A stretch of 64,000 bases of DNA from positions 3,420 to 67,419 of the forward strand of contig JASEHE010000002.1 of NCBI GenBank assembly GCA_030018915.1. Direction: 5' to 3'. The notes beneath the pieces are model-generated. The model was given only the letters and a program-made list of their open reading frames with translations, searched no databases and was not told where the DNA came from. The translations under genes and the position numbers were made by a program. The stretch comes from Verrucomicrobiota bacterium. Lineage in GTDB: Bacteria > Verrucomicrobiota > Kiritimatiellia > UBA8416 > SLMC01. Of this stretch, positions 21,223 to 31,707 are shown piece by piece; within the stretch, counting starts at the first letter, position 1; each line of letters opens with the position of its first letter.

Positions 21223-22166
21223 GTCAGCGCATCACCCGCCTTCCAGTCATGACCACGCAGGTACTCCTCGCCGCTCATTGCCCGCCTGCCTTCCGGTTGA
21301 ACCGCGACCAGACGCACCGCCCCCTGCCCCACTGCCACCAACGGCCCGGGGCCAGCCACGTCGAGCACGGCGCCAGGCTGACCGGCGCCTGATTCCACCC
21401 GGGTCTTCAGCACTTTGAGCCGGACGCCGCCCCGCTCGCAATAGCATCCGGGCCATGGACTGAGTCCTCGGACCCTATTATGGACAGCCGTTGCAGGCAT
21501 CGTCCAGTTGATTCTCCCATCTTCCTTTCGCAGCATGGGCGCATACGTGGCCAACCGCTCGTCCTGCGGCCGACGGGTCGCATTGCCACGCCGGATCGCC
21601 TCCAAAGTGCTGACCAGCAACTCGGCGCCCTCGCGCGCCAGCCTGTCGCGCAGATCGCCGGCCGTCTCATCAGGCCCGATGGGCGCTTCTGCCTGGAAAA
21701 TGATGTCGCCCGCGTCCATTCGCTCGTTCATATACATGGTCGTCACGCCGGTAACGGTTTCTCCCAGCGCGACCGCCCACTGGATCGGCGCGGCGCCGCG
21801 ATACCGTGGAAGCAGCGACGCGTGGACGTTGATGCAACCCAGCGGTGGAAGCGCCAGCAACGCGAGCCTCAGAATCTGGCCATAGGCCGCCACCACGATC
21901 AGGTCCGGGCCGAGCGCGCGGACCGCATCGAGACTTTCCGGGGCATTCACGTTCTCAGGAGCCAGCACGGGGATTCCCGCCGCCTCGGCCGCGGCCCGGA
22001 CCGGCGAAGCCGCAACCCTCAGATGCCGGCCCTGCGGCCGCTCAGGCTGGGTCACAACCCCAACCACCGCCGTCTCACCCTGTCCATGCGGCGACCGACA
22101 CACTGCCGCCAGCCGCGCCAGCGAGGCCGCCGCCAGTGGCGCTGAGCCGAGGAACACTATGCGCAT
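21219..22166 (-). CDS. fmt: methionyl-tRNA formyltransferase
   Basis: MRIVFLGS start; INVHASLLPRYRGAAPIQ motif. Confidence 0.9.
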   Translation of the reverse strand: MRIVFLGSAPLAAASLARLAAVCRSPHGQGETAVVGVVTQPERPQGRHLRVAASPVRAAAEAAGIPVLAPENVNAPESLDAVRALGPDLIVVAAYGQILRLALLALPPLGCINVHASLLPRYRGAAPIQWAVALGETVTGVTTMYMNERMDAGDIIFQAEAPIGPDETAGDLRDRLAREGAELLVSTLEAIRRGNATRRPQDERLATYAPMLRKEDGRINWTMPATAVHNRVRGLSPWPGCYCERGGVRLKVLKTRVESGAGQPGAVLDVAGPGPLVAVGQGAVRLVAVQPEGRRAMSGEEYLRGHDWKAGDALT

Positions 22167-22259
22167 GCCAACTCCTCTCAACGCGAGCTATTGAGGAAGC
22201 GCTGGTGAGCTTGTTCACCACCGAATTTCGCGCGCCTTGCGCGTAAAATTCAGGCGCCA

Positions 22260-22291
22260 CCGATTACCGATTACCGACAACCGATCACAAC
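22260..22291. repeat. heptanucleotide tandem repeat tract (CCGATTA CCGATTA CCGACAA CCGATCA)
   Basis: Lies between the 3D-lipoprotein gene and fmt. Confidence 0.5.
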
Positions 22292-22737
22292 ATCTTGCCA
22301 GGCGGCAGCCACACCCGGACCTTGACCGATTTCTTGCCCCACCAGCTCGCAGCCAGATGCGCGCGAAACCACAGGTCCAGACGATTGCGCTTGATGGCCC
22401 GCCCCCGGTCCTCCACCCTGCCGTAGCCGTAGCCTTCCACGTACAAGATCGTCCCGAATGGATATTCCGGCGGGGCCGCCACAGTCCCCGACCGCGCCAT
22501 GGCGCCGCTGGCGGTCTGTCCGACAATCTTTGGGCGGCCGCTCGCGTCGTCAATCGCGCGAAGACACCAGTTCCGATGCCAGCCGCAGCATTTCCCGCAA
22601 CTACAGTACCCTGTAACGATAAAGGCCTGCTCGAAGTCCGGCGCGCGATTGGGCGGCTGAATCCTGGCGCAGCCGCACAGCGCCAGCCCGGCCAGACTCA
22701 ACACACAGAGAGACGCGGCACAATTCATGGCGCGCAT
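22285..22737 (-). CDS. 3D-domain (MltA-like) lipoprotein
   Basis: Signal peptide with lipobox LALCGC; 3D-domain-like segments. Confidence 0.65.
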   Translation of the reverse strand: MRAMNCAASLCVLSLAGLALCGCARIQPPNRAPDFEQAFIVTGYCSCGKCCGWHRNWCLRAIDDASGRPKIVGQTASGAMARSGTVAAPPEYPFGTILYVEGYGYGRVEDRGRAIKRNRLDLWFRAHLAASWWGKKSVKVRVWLPPGKML

Positions 22738-22738
22738 T

Positions 22739-23543
22739 CTAGGAAATCGTCTCGGCCGCAACCGGTTTCAGCGGGCCTACCCGCACTAGAATCACGGAAA
22801 TATTGTCGTCGCCGCCGGATTCGTTCGCTTCCGCCACGAGAGTTCGAGCAAGTTCCTTCAGGGACGCCTCCTCGTTCATGCGCAGGAGTTTTCGCAGCCG
22901 CTTGTCCGAGACCATCCCAGTCAGTCCGTCCGAGCAGAGGATGAACAGGTCGGATTCCCGCGCTTCGACGGCCGTTTCCTCCAAGGCCAGATTCTCCCGG
23001 ATGCCGACGCCTCGCGTTACCATTCCACGGAAGACCCTGGGCAGGCCCTTCCGGTTCTTGAATCCCGCCTCCTCGGCCAACGAATGGTCCCGCGTCATTT
23101 GGGCCAGGCCCCCTTTTCGATACCGGTACAGCCGACTGTCGCCGGCGTGCAGCGCCACGGCCTGTTCAGGCGTCATAGCGTCGAACACCAGCACGACAAC
23201 CGTAGAGCCCGACATGGCCCCGTCCACGCGCCACCGAGCGCGCCCGAATCCAAGCGCTGGCCTGCTGGAGGGCTTCCACGAGGACCGCTGCCTTCTTCCG
23301 GCTGTCGGCGATATCCTGATCCGACGCGGCGCGGCGCATTGCGTCGCAAACAGCGTCCACCGTGGCGCGGCTCGCGACATCGCCCGAGTCCTCTCCGCCC
23401 ATGCCGTCGGCCACGCAAAAGACCCCGCACTCCGGAATGCGGGCCAGCAGGTCCTCGTTCCGCTTCCGCTTTCGTCCCAGGTCGGTCACCGCAGCCGACG
23501 CGAGAAAAGAGAACAGATTGTTGCGGGGTTTGGGTTTGTCCAT
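22739..23543 (-). CDS. PP2C-family Ser/Thr phosphatase, interrupted by a 1-nt frameshift near 23218-23225
   Basis: N-terminal half (MDKPKPRNN...ADGMGG...) is ORF 23166..23786. C-terminal half (GAMSGSTVVVLV...GGDDNISVILV) is ORF 22739..23380. The two frames overlap at a C4/G4 homopolymer. Confidence 0.6.
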
Positions 23544-23786
23544 ATGCGCGGCGTGTTGCGGCAAACACACAAAAGCCCGTGCTCGTGAAAACCATGCCCG
23601 AAAAGTGTACCTCATCCGCCACTCACCGTCCAGCGCCGTGAACGCCCCAAAAATCCGCGCGTAACCGCGGAGCACCCCACGCGACAGCACGCGGACAGCA
23701 TGTGGCCACGGGGCGTCGCGTGAAAGACAGCGAATCGGCGCGCGCGCTACGCGCGGATTATGGACGCCGGGGCAAGCGTCCGTCAA

Positions 23787-24680
23787 TCAGGCGCCTATCA
23801 CCGGCGCCAGAACTCTCAGCGCCTTCGGGTTGGCCGTCACCGTGATCTCCAGCGGGGCCTCCCTCAGTTCACCGTCAATCTGAACGACCGTGCGCCGCTC
23901 TCTGCGGACCACGAGAGTGCTGAAACTCCGCGAGACCACCTGGGGAATGTGGTGAACGGTCCCGTCGAAAAATCGCCGGATATTGGCCACAAGGTGCGGA
24001 AGATGCCGGCGCCGGGCGACAACCAGTTCGAGTCGCCCGTCGTCCGGCCTTGCGCGCGGCGCAATAATAGCGCCTCCGCCGTACTGCGTGAGGTTGGCAA
24101 TGGTGAAGAACAGAGGATCGGGAAAGACCAGTTCCTCCCTGTCGTCAATGCGCGCGTGAAATCGCTGTGGCTGGAAGTCGAAGAACTCGTAGACCCCGGC
24201 AAAGACGTAGGGCAGAATGCCGCGAATCGGCATCTTGTCGAACGATCGGACAATGGAGGCGTCCCACGCCATGCTGCAGGTCACCAGGAACGGCGCGCCG
24301 TTCATGACGCCGACGTCAATGGTCACGGCCGACGCGGAGGCCAGGGCCGCGATCGCCTTGGCGGGCGACAGCGGAATGCCGAAATGGCGCGCAAAGCCGT
24401 TCCCGCTGCCTGTGGGCACAACCCCGATCGTCGTGTCCGTGTTGAGCAGGACCCGGCCGATGCTGCTGACTGTTCCGTCGCCTCCGACCACCAGGATGAT
24501 CTCGACGCCGTTGGCCACGGCCGCCTTGGCCTTGGCGATTCCGTCTTCCTCGCTCTGCGAGAACTGATACACGAGGTTGGTCCCCGCGACGTCCCAGAAC
24601 CGGTCGAACGCCCTTCGCAGAAGGTCGAAAAAGCGCGGCACGCCAGCCTTGGGATTCACGAGAACCAACACACGCTTCAT
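23787..24680 (-). CDS. diacylglycerol-kinase catalytic-domain lipid kinase (YegS/DgkA-like)
   Basis: ILVVGGDGT and GSGNGFARHFGIP motifs. Confidence 0.75.
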   Translation of the reverse strand: MKRVLVLVNPKAGVPRFFDLLRRAFDRFWDVAGTNLVYQFSQSEEDGIAKAKAAVANGVEIILVVGGDGTVSSIGRVLLNTDTTIGVVPTGSGNGFARHFGIPLSPAKAIAALASASAVTIDVGVMNGAPFLVTCSMAWDASIVRSFDKMPIRGILPYVFAGVYEFFDFQPQRFHARIDDREELVFPDPLFFTIANLTQYGGGAIIAPRARPDDGRLELVVARRRHLPHLVANIRRFFDGTVHHIPQVVSRSFSTLVVRRERRTVVQIDGELREAPLEITVTANPKALRVLAPVIGA

Positions 24681-24782
24681 GTGGACACCTTCGCCTGCCC
24701 CGCTTTCGCTCAGGGCTCCCGCCTACGCCCAGGCGCTACGGCGGACATGACGACGTGGCTCCACCAAAACCGCGGACGGTTT

Positions 24783-25136
24783 TGGTGGAGGCGGGGGGAA
24801 TCGAACCCCCGTCCGCGATAGTGTCACCACAGCGTCTACGCGCGTGTTCCGTCTATAAATCTCGCCGCTCCGACTGCCGGCAGACAGGCCATCGGAGAAG
24901 CCAGCAACCACGTTATGGTTTCGCCCCTCGGCCCGGCTACTCAGCCTTGGAGCTAGCCTGCTGTCGTCGCCTCGCTCCGCCCAGCAGGCGTCGGCGGGGA
25001 GACGTCACGGCTGGTTAGGCCGCAAGTGCCAACTCTTCGTCAGCAGTTGTGTTTTCCCGGACGATTAACGAGGCCAACCGGGGTCCTCGGCGCGCAACTG
25101 AGGCTGCAGGCCATCACGTCGAAACCTGTCGCCCCC
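24783..25136 (-). ncRNA. ssrA: tmRNA (SsrA)
   Basis: 5' GGGGGCGACAGGUUUCGACG and 3' GGGGGUUCGAUUCCCCCCGCCUCCACCA. The internal tag reading frame encodes ...NTTADEELALAA followed by a stop (canonical LALAA tag). Confidence 0.85.
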
Positions 25137-25405
25137 ACTGCATCATCTTGGCCGTATTGTCCCTCATCCCCGTGAAGAAATCAAGTCCTTTGTCCACACG
25201 CCGGACTGAATCACGACCAGTAACATTCATCGGAGAAACGTTGACTGATGACTGATCACTCGCTTGTTTTGGGGCTAGTGATCGCGTCGCCGGCTACGGG
25301 GGGCGTCCAGGCGGCCTGTGCGCCCCATACCGGGCGCGTTCCTCCCTGGCGGCGAGTTTTACGTCCACCGCGGACAAGATGAAGCGCTCAAACAACTTTT
25401 GGCAT

Positions 25406-28400
25406 TCACGCCTCTCGGCTTTGCCCGGTTGCGGTTTCCATGGCGATCGCGCATGGATGACCATTGAGATCCCATTGGTCTGCGCCATTCGGCGGCGAGT
25501 CTTCACGCGCGCATTCCAGCGCCAGCGTCTCGGCCTGCACGTAGCCCAGATGTTTTGTCACGGCCGCGGCCAGCTCCGCGTCCGACGCGTACCGGATTCG
25601 GATGCGCTGGGTGACTTCCAAGTCCGCCGTCTTCCGCATGTTCTGTATCTTGCTCACGAACTCACGCGCCAGTCCTTCCTGAATCAAGTCCTGCGTCAAC
25701 GCCATCTCCAACGCCACCACGACGCTCCCCTCGGACGCCACCACGAGCCCCTCCTTCGGCCGGCGGATCACGACCACGTCCGCCGGCTCCAACTCCACGG
25801 GATCGCCGTCCACCGACAATCGCGCCGGTTTGCCGGCAACCAATTGCGCCACGAGGCCAGCATTCATTGCCGCGATGGCGGCGGCCGCCTTCTTCACCCG
25901 GGGCCCCAGCCGCGGACCGAGCCGCCGGAAGTCCGCCTTCACCTGCAGGTCGGCGAGCCGCGACTCGTCCTCGTCATAAGCAATTCGCTTGACGTTCAAC
26001 TCGTCCAGGATCAAGTCTTCATGGCGTCGGACACTCTCCAGCGTCTCGCGCTCGCGCGACAACACGCGCAGGAGCGACAGGGGCTGGCGCACCTTCAACT
26101 CGTGCTCGGCCCGCAATTGCCGGCCCATCTTGACCACGGTCTGGACGACGTCCATCTCCCGCTCCAGGCGCAGGTCCCGGCCGGCTCCGTCGGCCGCCGG
26201 AAAATCGCACAGGTGGACGGACTCCGGCATGTCCGGCGTCCGCAGGTTGCGGTAGATGCTCTCGGCCAGGAACGGGACAAACGGCGCCGCCACCTTGGCG
26301 AGCTGGAGCAACACGCAGTAGAGGGTCAGATAGGCGTCTTTCTTGTCGGCGTCGTCTTGCGACTTCCAGAAACGCCGCCGACTCCGGCGGATGTACCAAT
26401 TCGTGAGGTTCTCGATGAATACCACGAACGGCCGGACCGACCGTTGCAGGTCGTAGGCGTCCATGGCGGCCGTGACGTCGGCCGCCAGTGTTTCCAGAGC
26501 GCTGCGAATCCAGCGATCCAGTTCGTTCCGGCTGGATTTGGCCTTGAGAGCGCCGTCCGGCGACCAGCGGTCAATGTTGGCATAGGTCACGAAAAAGCTG
26601 TAGGCGTTCCACAGTGGGAGGAAGATATGCCTGAGCAGCTCCTTGACGCCGGTCTCGGAGAATCGCAGGCTCTCGGCTCGAACCACCGGCGAATAGATCA
26701 TGTAGAGCCGCAGGGCGTCGGCGCCGTAGGTGTTGATCATGTGCTCCGGGTCCGGGTAGTTCTTGAGCCGCTTGCTCATCTTCTTGCCGTCTTCGGCCAG
26801 GATGAGCCCGTTGACCACCACATTCTTGAAAGCGGGTTTGTCGAACAACGCCACGGAAAGGACCATCAGCGTGTAGAACCAGCCCCTGGTCTGGTCCAGC
26901 CCCTCTGCGATGAAATCCGTGGGGAAATGCGTCTCGAACCGTTCCCTGTTCTCGAACGGGTAATGCGCCTGCGCATAGGGCATGGCGCCGCTTTCGAACC
27001 AGCAGTCCAGCACCTCCGGAATCCGCCGAAGGGGTTTTTTGCCCTGCCGAGACGGGATCGCGATTTCGTCCACGAAATGTTTGTGCAGATCGGCCGGGCG
27101 CCGGCCGCTCAATGCTTCGAGTTCGGCGATGGAGCCCACGCAGACGCGTTCTTCGCCGTCTTCACTTTCCCAGACGGGCAGCGGCGTGCCCCAGTAGCGG
27201 TTGCGCGAGATTGCCCAGTCGCGGGCGCCCTCCAGCCATTTGCCGAACCGCCCGTCTTTCAGGTGGTCCGGCATCCAGTTCACCCGCCGGTTGGCGGCGA
27301 TCAACCGGTCCTTAATCCGCTCGACCCGCACGAACCAGGTGCCGACCGCGCGGCAAATCAGCGGCGTGTCGCACCGCCAGCAGTGCGGGTACGAATGGAG
27401 GATCGTGGACCGATGAACCAGCTTGCCCTCCTGCTTCAGGCGGGCCAGAATGTCGGCGTCCGTGTCCTTGACCGCGCGGCCGGCGTAGTCCGGAACCTCG
27501 CTGGTGAACCGGCACTCGGCGTCTATCGGGCAGACAACCGGGATGCCCTTGTCCAGAGCCAGCCGGTAGTCGTCCTCTCCGAAGCCCGGCGCGACGTGAA
27601 CGATGCCCGTGCCGTCCTCGGTCGAAACAAAATCCGCCGACACTACGCGGAAGGCGCCTTCCTGACGCCGAGCCGCGAAGCACGGAAAGAGCGGCTCATA
27701 GGATCTGCCGACAAGTTCGGCCCCACTGACCTCCGTCACGGACTCGTATTCCTCGGGCTTCTTGTAGTAGGTCTGCAGACGCGCCTTGGCCAGGTAATAG
27801 ACTGCGTCCTTTTCCTTGACACGGACGTAGACGACGTCCTCGCCCACCGCCAGAGCCATGTTTGACGGCAGCGTCCAGGGCGTGGTGGTCCACGCCAGGA
27901 AGTAGGCGCCTTCCTCGTCCAGCGCCTTGAACCGGATCGTGATCGCCGGATCGCTGACCTCTTCGTATCCCTGGTTGGTCTCGAAATTGGAAAGTGGCGT
28001 CGCGCAACGCGGGCAATACCAGAGGCTCTTGTGGCCCTTGTAGACCAGCCCCTTGTCCCAGAGCGATTTGAACACCCACCAGATGGACTCCATATAGGCG
28101 GAATCCATGGTCTTGTAGTCGTGGCGGAAGTTCACCCAGCGGCCCATCCGGGTCACCGTGCTCTCCCACTCCTTCGTGTGCCGCAGCACGATGCTCCGGC
28201 ACTTCTCGTTGAAGGGGCCCACGCCCATCTTCTCGATCTCGGTCTTGCCGCCGATCCCGAGGTCCTGCTCGACCTCGACCTCGACCGGCAGTCCGTGGCA
28301 GTCCCAGCCGAACCGCCGTTCGACGTAGCGGCCCCGCATGGTCTGGTACCGCGGCACGATGTCCTTGATCGTGCCGGCCAGCAAGTGGCCGTAGTGCGGC

Positions 28401-28558
28401 AGACCGGTGGCAAACGGCGGCCCGTCATAGAAAACGAACTCCGGCGCGCTTCTGCGAAGCTCCAACGACTTCCGGAAGGTGTCGTGCTCCCGCCAGAAGG
28501 CCAGGACGTCCCGTTCGACGGCCGCGAAGTCCGCTTTATTGCTGATCGGCTTGAACAT
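25406..28558 (-). CDS. ileS: isoleucyl-tRNA synthetase
   Basis: Class I HYGH and KMSKS-type motifs; about 1050 aa. Start set at MFKPISNKADF. Confidence 0.95.
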   Translation of the reverse strand: MFKPISNKADFAAVERDVLAFWREHDTFRKSLELRRSAPEFVFYDGPPFATGLPHYGHLLAGTIKDIVPRYQTMRGRYVERRFGWDCHGLPVEVEVEQDLGIGGKTEIEKMGVGPFNEKCRSIVLRHTKEWESTVTRMGRWVNFRHDYKTMDSAYMESIWWVFKSLWDKGLVYKGHKSLWYCPRCATPLSNFETNQGYEEVSDPAITIRFKALDEEGAYFLAWTTTPWTLPSNMALAVGEDVVYVRVKEKDAVYYLAKARLQTYYKKPEEYESVTEVSGAELVGRSYEPLFPCFAARRQEGAFRVVSADFVSTEDGTGIVHVAPGFGEDDYRLALDKGIPVVCPIDAECRFTSEVPDYAGRAVKDTDADILARLKQEGKLVHRSTILHSYPHCWRCDTPLICRAVGTWFVRVERIKDRLIAANRRVNWMPDHLKDGRFGKWLEGARDWAISRNRYWGTPLPVWESEDGEERVCVGSIAELEALSGRRPADLHKHFVDEIAIPSRQGKKPLRRIPEVLDCWFESGAMPYAQAHYPFENRERFETHFPTDFIAEGLDQTRGWFYTLMVLSVALFDKPAFKNVVVNGLILAEDGKKMSKRLKNYPDPEHMINTYGADALRLYMIYSPVVRAESLRFSETGVKELLRHIFLPLWNAYSFFVTYANIDRWSPDGALKAKSSRNELDRWIRSALETLAADVTAAMDAYDLQRSVRPFVVFIENLTNWYIRRSRRRFWKSQDDADKKDAYLTLYCVLLQLAKVAAPFVPFLAESIYRNLRTPDMPESVHLCDFPAADGAGRDLRLEREMDVVQTVVKMGRQLRAEHELKVRQPLSLLRVLSRERETLESVRRHEDLILDELNVKRIAYDEDESRLADLQVKADFRRLGPRLGPRVKKAAAAIAAMNAGLVAQLVAGKPARLSVDGDPVELEPADVVVIRRPKEGLVVASEGSVVVALEMALTQDLIQEGLAREFVSKIQNMRKTADLEVTQRIRIRYASDAELAAAVTKHLGYVQAETLALECAREDSPPNGADQWDLNGHPCAIAMETATGQSREA

Positions 28559-28686
28559 GGCCCGTTCGCCCCGCGCGAAAAGATTACGGCTGGCTTGCGT
28601 TGCCCGCGGCATGGCGCGGGCCGTTCAGGGGTGAAATTATGCCAAAACGGCCGCCGGTCGGCAACAGCGGGCTCGCGATTCTTCCG

Positions 28687-28977
28687 TCAGATCGTGTACA
28701 GCGACTTCCGGATAGCCTCGTCCGGAACGAGCATCGCGGGCTTGAATTCCTTCTTGGATATCACCGCTTCGTCCTCGGCGACTTCGCGCAGAATGATCCG
28801 GCGCGAGGTGATGTGTCCAAATCCTTGCCGGGTGATCATGTCCGTGAAATCGCCCTCGGCGCCCGACTTGTGGCGCGGCTTCGATAGGATGTCCGTGAGC
28901 GCGCTGAACTCGTCAATCGTCATCCCCTTCTCCAGCGTGAAATTGCGCGGCCCAATGCCGGACAGGTGACGGGCCAT
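28687..28977 (-). CDS. hypothetical protein
   Basis: Small acidic ORF between ileS and xseB; start chosen at an internal Met to avoid overlapping xseB. No recognisable family. Confidence 0.4.
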   Translation of the reverse strand: MARHLSGIGPRNFTLEKGMTIDEFSALTDILSKPRHKSGAEGDFTDMITRQGFGHITSRRIILREVAEDEAVISKKEFKPAMLVPDEAIRKSLYTI

Positions 28978-29017
28978 CACCTCGACGTGAACGGTCTTCG
29001 TCTCGAACTCCTCGCCG

Positions 29018-29350
29018 TCAAAACGGGGCTTTGCCCTCGCCAGCGGCCTTGTCCACTTCCCCATTACCGTCGCCTTCCTCAGGCGCCGCCTCGAACGGCT
29101 CGGTAACGACTTCGTCGCCCTTCTTCACCAGGACCTCGATTTTCTTCTCCACCTCGTTGAGCTTCTGGGAGCAGAACTTGATGAGCTGTCGGCCTTCTTC
29201 GAACCGCGCGAGCATGTCCTCCAACCCGAGCGAGCTCCGCTCCATTTCCGCCACGATCGTTTCCAGCCGTTCAAGGGCCTGCTCGAAGCCCGGCTTGTCC
29301 TTGCTCTTTGCGTGCGCTGGCGCCGCGCCGGTCTTCTTCACCATCGTCAT
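29018..29350 (-). CDS. xseB: exodeoxyribonuclease VII small subunit
   Basis: FEQALERLETIVAEMERSSLGLEDMLARFEEG matches XseB; acidic C-terminal tail. Confidence 0.75.
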   Translation of the reverse strand: MTMVKKTGAAPAHAKSKDKPGFEQALERLETIVAEMERSSLGLEDMLARFEEGRQLIKFCSQKLNEVEKKIEVLVKKGDEVVTEPFEAAPEEGDGNGEVDKAAGEGKAPF

Positions 29351-29392
29351 GTTCCTATCCATCCTTTCCGATTCCGCCCGACTGTGTAGCGG

Positions 29393-29407
29393 GGTTCAGG
29401 GTTCAGG
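29393..29407. repeat. heptanucleotide repeat (GGTTCAG GGTTCAG)
   Basis: Lies in the xseA-xseB spacer; inverted partner at 29485-29514. Confidence 0.5.
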
Positions 29408-29484
29408 ATGTTGAGCGTTGTGTGTTGAACGTTGAATCCCGTCTCTTTCTCGATCCATCCGGCTCGCCGCGGACCGGCGGCGTT

Positions 29485-29514
29485 CCTGAACACCGAACCC
29501 CGAAACCTGAAACC
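29485..29514. repeat. heptanucleotide tandem repeat tract (CCTGAAC ACCGAAC CCCGAAA CCTGAAA)
   Basis: Reverse orientation of the GGTTYMR units. Confidence 0.5.
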
Positions 29515-29519
29515 TTCCC

Positions 29520-30803
29520 CTACTCCACCACCGACCCGAATTCGCCTTCAGCCACCAGCGTTCTGACGCGGTCGCCCGCTTTCACGGCCGCCGCGGACCG
29601 CACGATCCGGCCCTGTCCGTCCCGGGTCACGCTATACCCGCGGTTCAAGACGGCTATCGGATTCAGCGCCTGAAGCTGCGTCTCGATCCGGCGAACCTCC
29701 TGCGCGCAACCCTGGTGCCACAGCCGCGCGGCGCGCGCAATCGTCATCCGGCCATCCTCGAACCGCCGCTTGCGGTCCGCAAGACTCTCGCCGATTCGGC
29801 GCAGACTTCGCAAATCCAGTCCGTCCAACCGCTGAGCGTACTGTCTGACGAGGTTGCCGGGCTCGCGGAACACGTAGCTCCCGTCCGCCTGTAACAGCCG
29901 GTTCTTCGCGGCGAGGGCCGATTCCCGCAACGCGCGGGCGAGCCGCCGCCCCGTGTCGTCCAGCGACTTCTGGAAGTCCTCCTTCCGACCCACCAGCAGT
30001 TCGGCGGCCGCGGACGGGGTCGGCGCGCGCAGATCGGCGACGAAATCGCTTATCGTAAAGTCAATCTCATGCCCGACGGCGGAGATGACGGGGATCGCGG
30101 ACCGGGCAATAGCGCGGGCAGTGATTTCATCGTTGAAGCACCAAAGGTCTTCCAGGCTGCCGCCGCCGCGGCCAATGATCAGCACATCGATCCCGCCGCG
30201 GCGGTTCATCTCGTCGATGGCCGCCGCGATCTCCTCGGCTGCCCCTTCGCCCTGCACGCGCGCCGGCGCCAGCAGGATGTGCAGGTTCGGATAGCGCCGC
30301 CCGAGGATGTTCAGGATGTCGCGGATCGCGGCGCCGGTCGGCGAAGTCACGATGCCCACGTGCTGCGGGAGCAGTGGAATCGGCTTCTTTCGCGCTGCGT
30401 CGAACAGGCCCTCTTTCCGCAGCTCTTCCTTCAGCGCCTCGAACTGCGCCTGCAGCAGGCCCTTGCCGCCCGGCTCCATCCGCCGCGCGACGATCTGGTA
30501 GTTGCCGGCCCGTTCGTAGACGCCGATCTGCCCGAAAATCCGCGCCCGGATGCCGTCCTTCAACTCGAACCGGACGCCACGCCGGTCGCCCCGGAACAGC
30601 ACCCCAGCAATCTGGGCATCCGCGTCCTTGACTGTGAAGTAGCAGTGCCCGGAGGACGGCCGCCGGACGTTCGAGAGCTCTCCTTCCACCCATACGTGGC
30701 CCACCTCGCTCTCCAGCAGGCTCTTGATCAGTCGGGTCAACTCGCTGACCGTGAAAACCTTGGGCTCGGCATCCCCCGGCCCGGCGCGCATGGCGCTGTT
30801 CAT
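29520..30803 (-). CDS. xseA: exodeoxyribonuclease VII large subunit
   Basis: OB-fold N-terminus (VFTVSELTRLIKSLLE, VWVEGELSN) plus catalytic region. Confidence 0.9.
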   Translation of the reverse strand: MNSAMRAGPGDAEPKVFTVSELTRLIKSLLESEVGHVWVEGELSNVRRPSSGHCYFTVKDADAQIAGVLFRGDRRGVRFELKDGIRARIFGQIGVYERAGNYQIVARRMEPGGKGLLQAQFEALKEELRKEGLFDAARKKPIPLLPQHVGIVTSPTGAAIRDILNILGRRYPNLHILLAPARVQGEGAAEEIAAAIDEMNRRGGIDVLIIGRGGGSLEDLWCFNDEITARAIARSAIPVISAVGHEIDFTISDFVADLRAPTPSAAAELLVGRKEDFQKSLDDTGRRLARALRESALAAKNRLLQADGSYVFREPGNLVRQYAQRLDGLDLRSLRRIGESLADRKRRFEDGRMTIARAARLWHQGCAQEVRRIETQLQALNPIAVLNRGYSVTRDGQGRIVRSAAAVKAGDRVRTLVAEGEFGSVVE

Positions 30804-31600
30804 TCCTGCTCCGTTTCCGCGATACCAGCCGGTTCCCGCACACGCCGGATTGCCGTGGCCTTGCCGGTTTGCTCGTTCGCCTCGATCAACACGCCTTCCA
30901 ATGTGACGTCCTTGTTCGATACGCGGAATTTCGTCGGCATGCCCGTGAGCAGCATGGCCGTCACCGATTCGAGGTCGCGGCCGATCGCCGAGTTTTTGCC
31001 GCCGGTCATTCCCAGGTCCGTGATATAGGCCGTTCCGCCCGGCAGGATGGTCTCGTCGCTCGTTTGCACGTGCGTGTGCGTCCCGACCACGGCGGTGACT
31101 CGGCCGTCCAGGTATCGCCCCATGACTACTTTCTCCGCGGTCGCCTCGGCGTGCATATCCACCAGGATGATGCGCCCGAGCCCGGCGGCGTCATTCAACA
31201 GCGCGTTCACGACGCGGAACGGACAGTCGGTCGCGTCCATGAAGACCCGGCCGACCAGGTTGATCACCGTCACGCCGGTCGCTCCGACCCGGACCGTCGC
31301 CAAGCCCCGGCCGGGGCAGCCCGGCGCGAAATTGGCCGGCCGAATCACGGGAACATCGGTGTCCAGATAGGCTGCGATCTCCTTCTGGTCCCACGTGTGG
31401 TCGCCAAGGGTCAGCGCGTTTGCCCCGGCCTTCAGGAGTTCCGAGGCCAGCGGACCGGTCAATCCCTTGCCGCCGGCCGCGTTCTCGGCGTTGGCGACCA
31501 CAAGGTCCGCCTCGCCGGCGGAGCGCATCCGCCCGACCACCTCTGCCAGGGCTTTACGGCCCGGCGCCCCTACGATGTCGCCAACCATCAAGATATTCAT
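30800..31600 (-). CDS. ymdB: YmdB-family metallophosphoesterase
   Basis: ILMVGDIVG, GDHTWD and GTHTHVQT motifs; directly downstream of rny, as in Firmicutes. Confidence 0.8.
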   Translation of the reverse strand: MNILMVGDIVGAPGRKALAEVVGRMRSAGEADLVVANAENAAGGKGLTGPLASELLKAGANALTLGDHTWDQKEIAAYLDTDVPVIRPANFAPGCPGRGLATVRVGATGVTVINLVGRVFMDATDCPFRVVNALLNDAAGLGRIILVDMHAEATAEKVVMGRYLDGRVTAVVGTHTHVQTSDETILPGGTAYITDLGMTGGKNSAIGRDLESVTAMLLTGMPTKFRVSNKDVTLEGVLIEANEQTGKATAIRRVREPAGIAETEQE

Positions 31601-31681
31601 CCCTGTGCCCTAGCTCAGAAGCCGGGTGTCAGGGGCAGCCCCGTCAGGCCCTTGACCAGTCCCGTCGCGACAATGGTCTTG

Positions 31682-31707
31682 CCTGAAACCTGAACCCCGA
31701 AACCTCC
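31682..31707. repeat. heptanucleotide repeat tract (CCTGAAA CCTGAAC CCCGAAA)
   Basis: Lies between the rny stop and the ymdB start. Confidence 0.45.

Noticed and set aside
24723-25018. Short ORFs on both strands across the tmRNA
   Set aside because: They are explained by the ssrA RNA gene; the only meaningful reading frame is the internal tag peptide.
25379-27865. 828-aa plus-strand ORF
   Set aside because: Antisense to ileS, with no domain signal; typical GC-rich shadow ORF.
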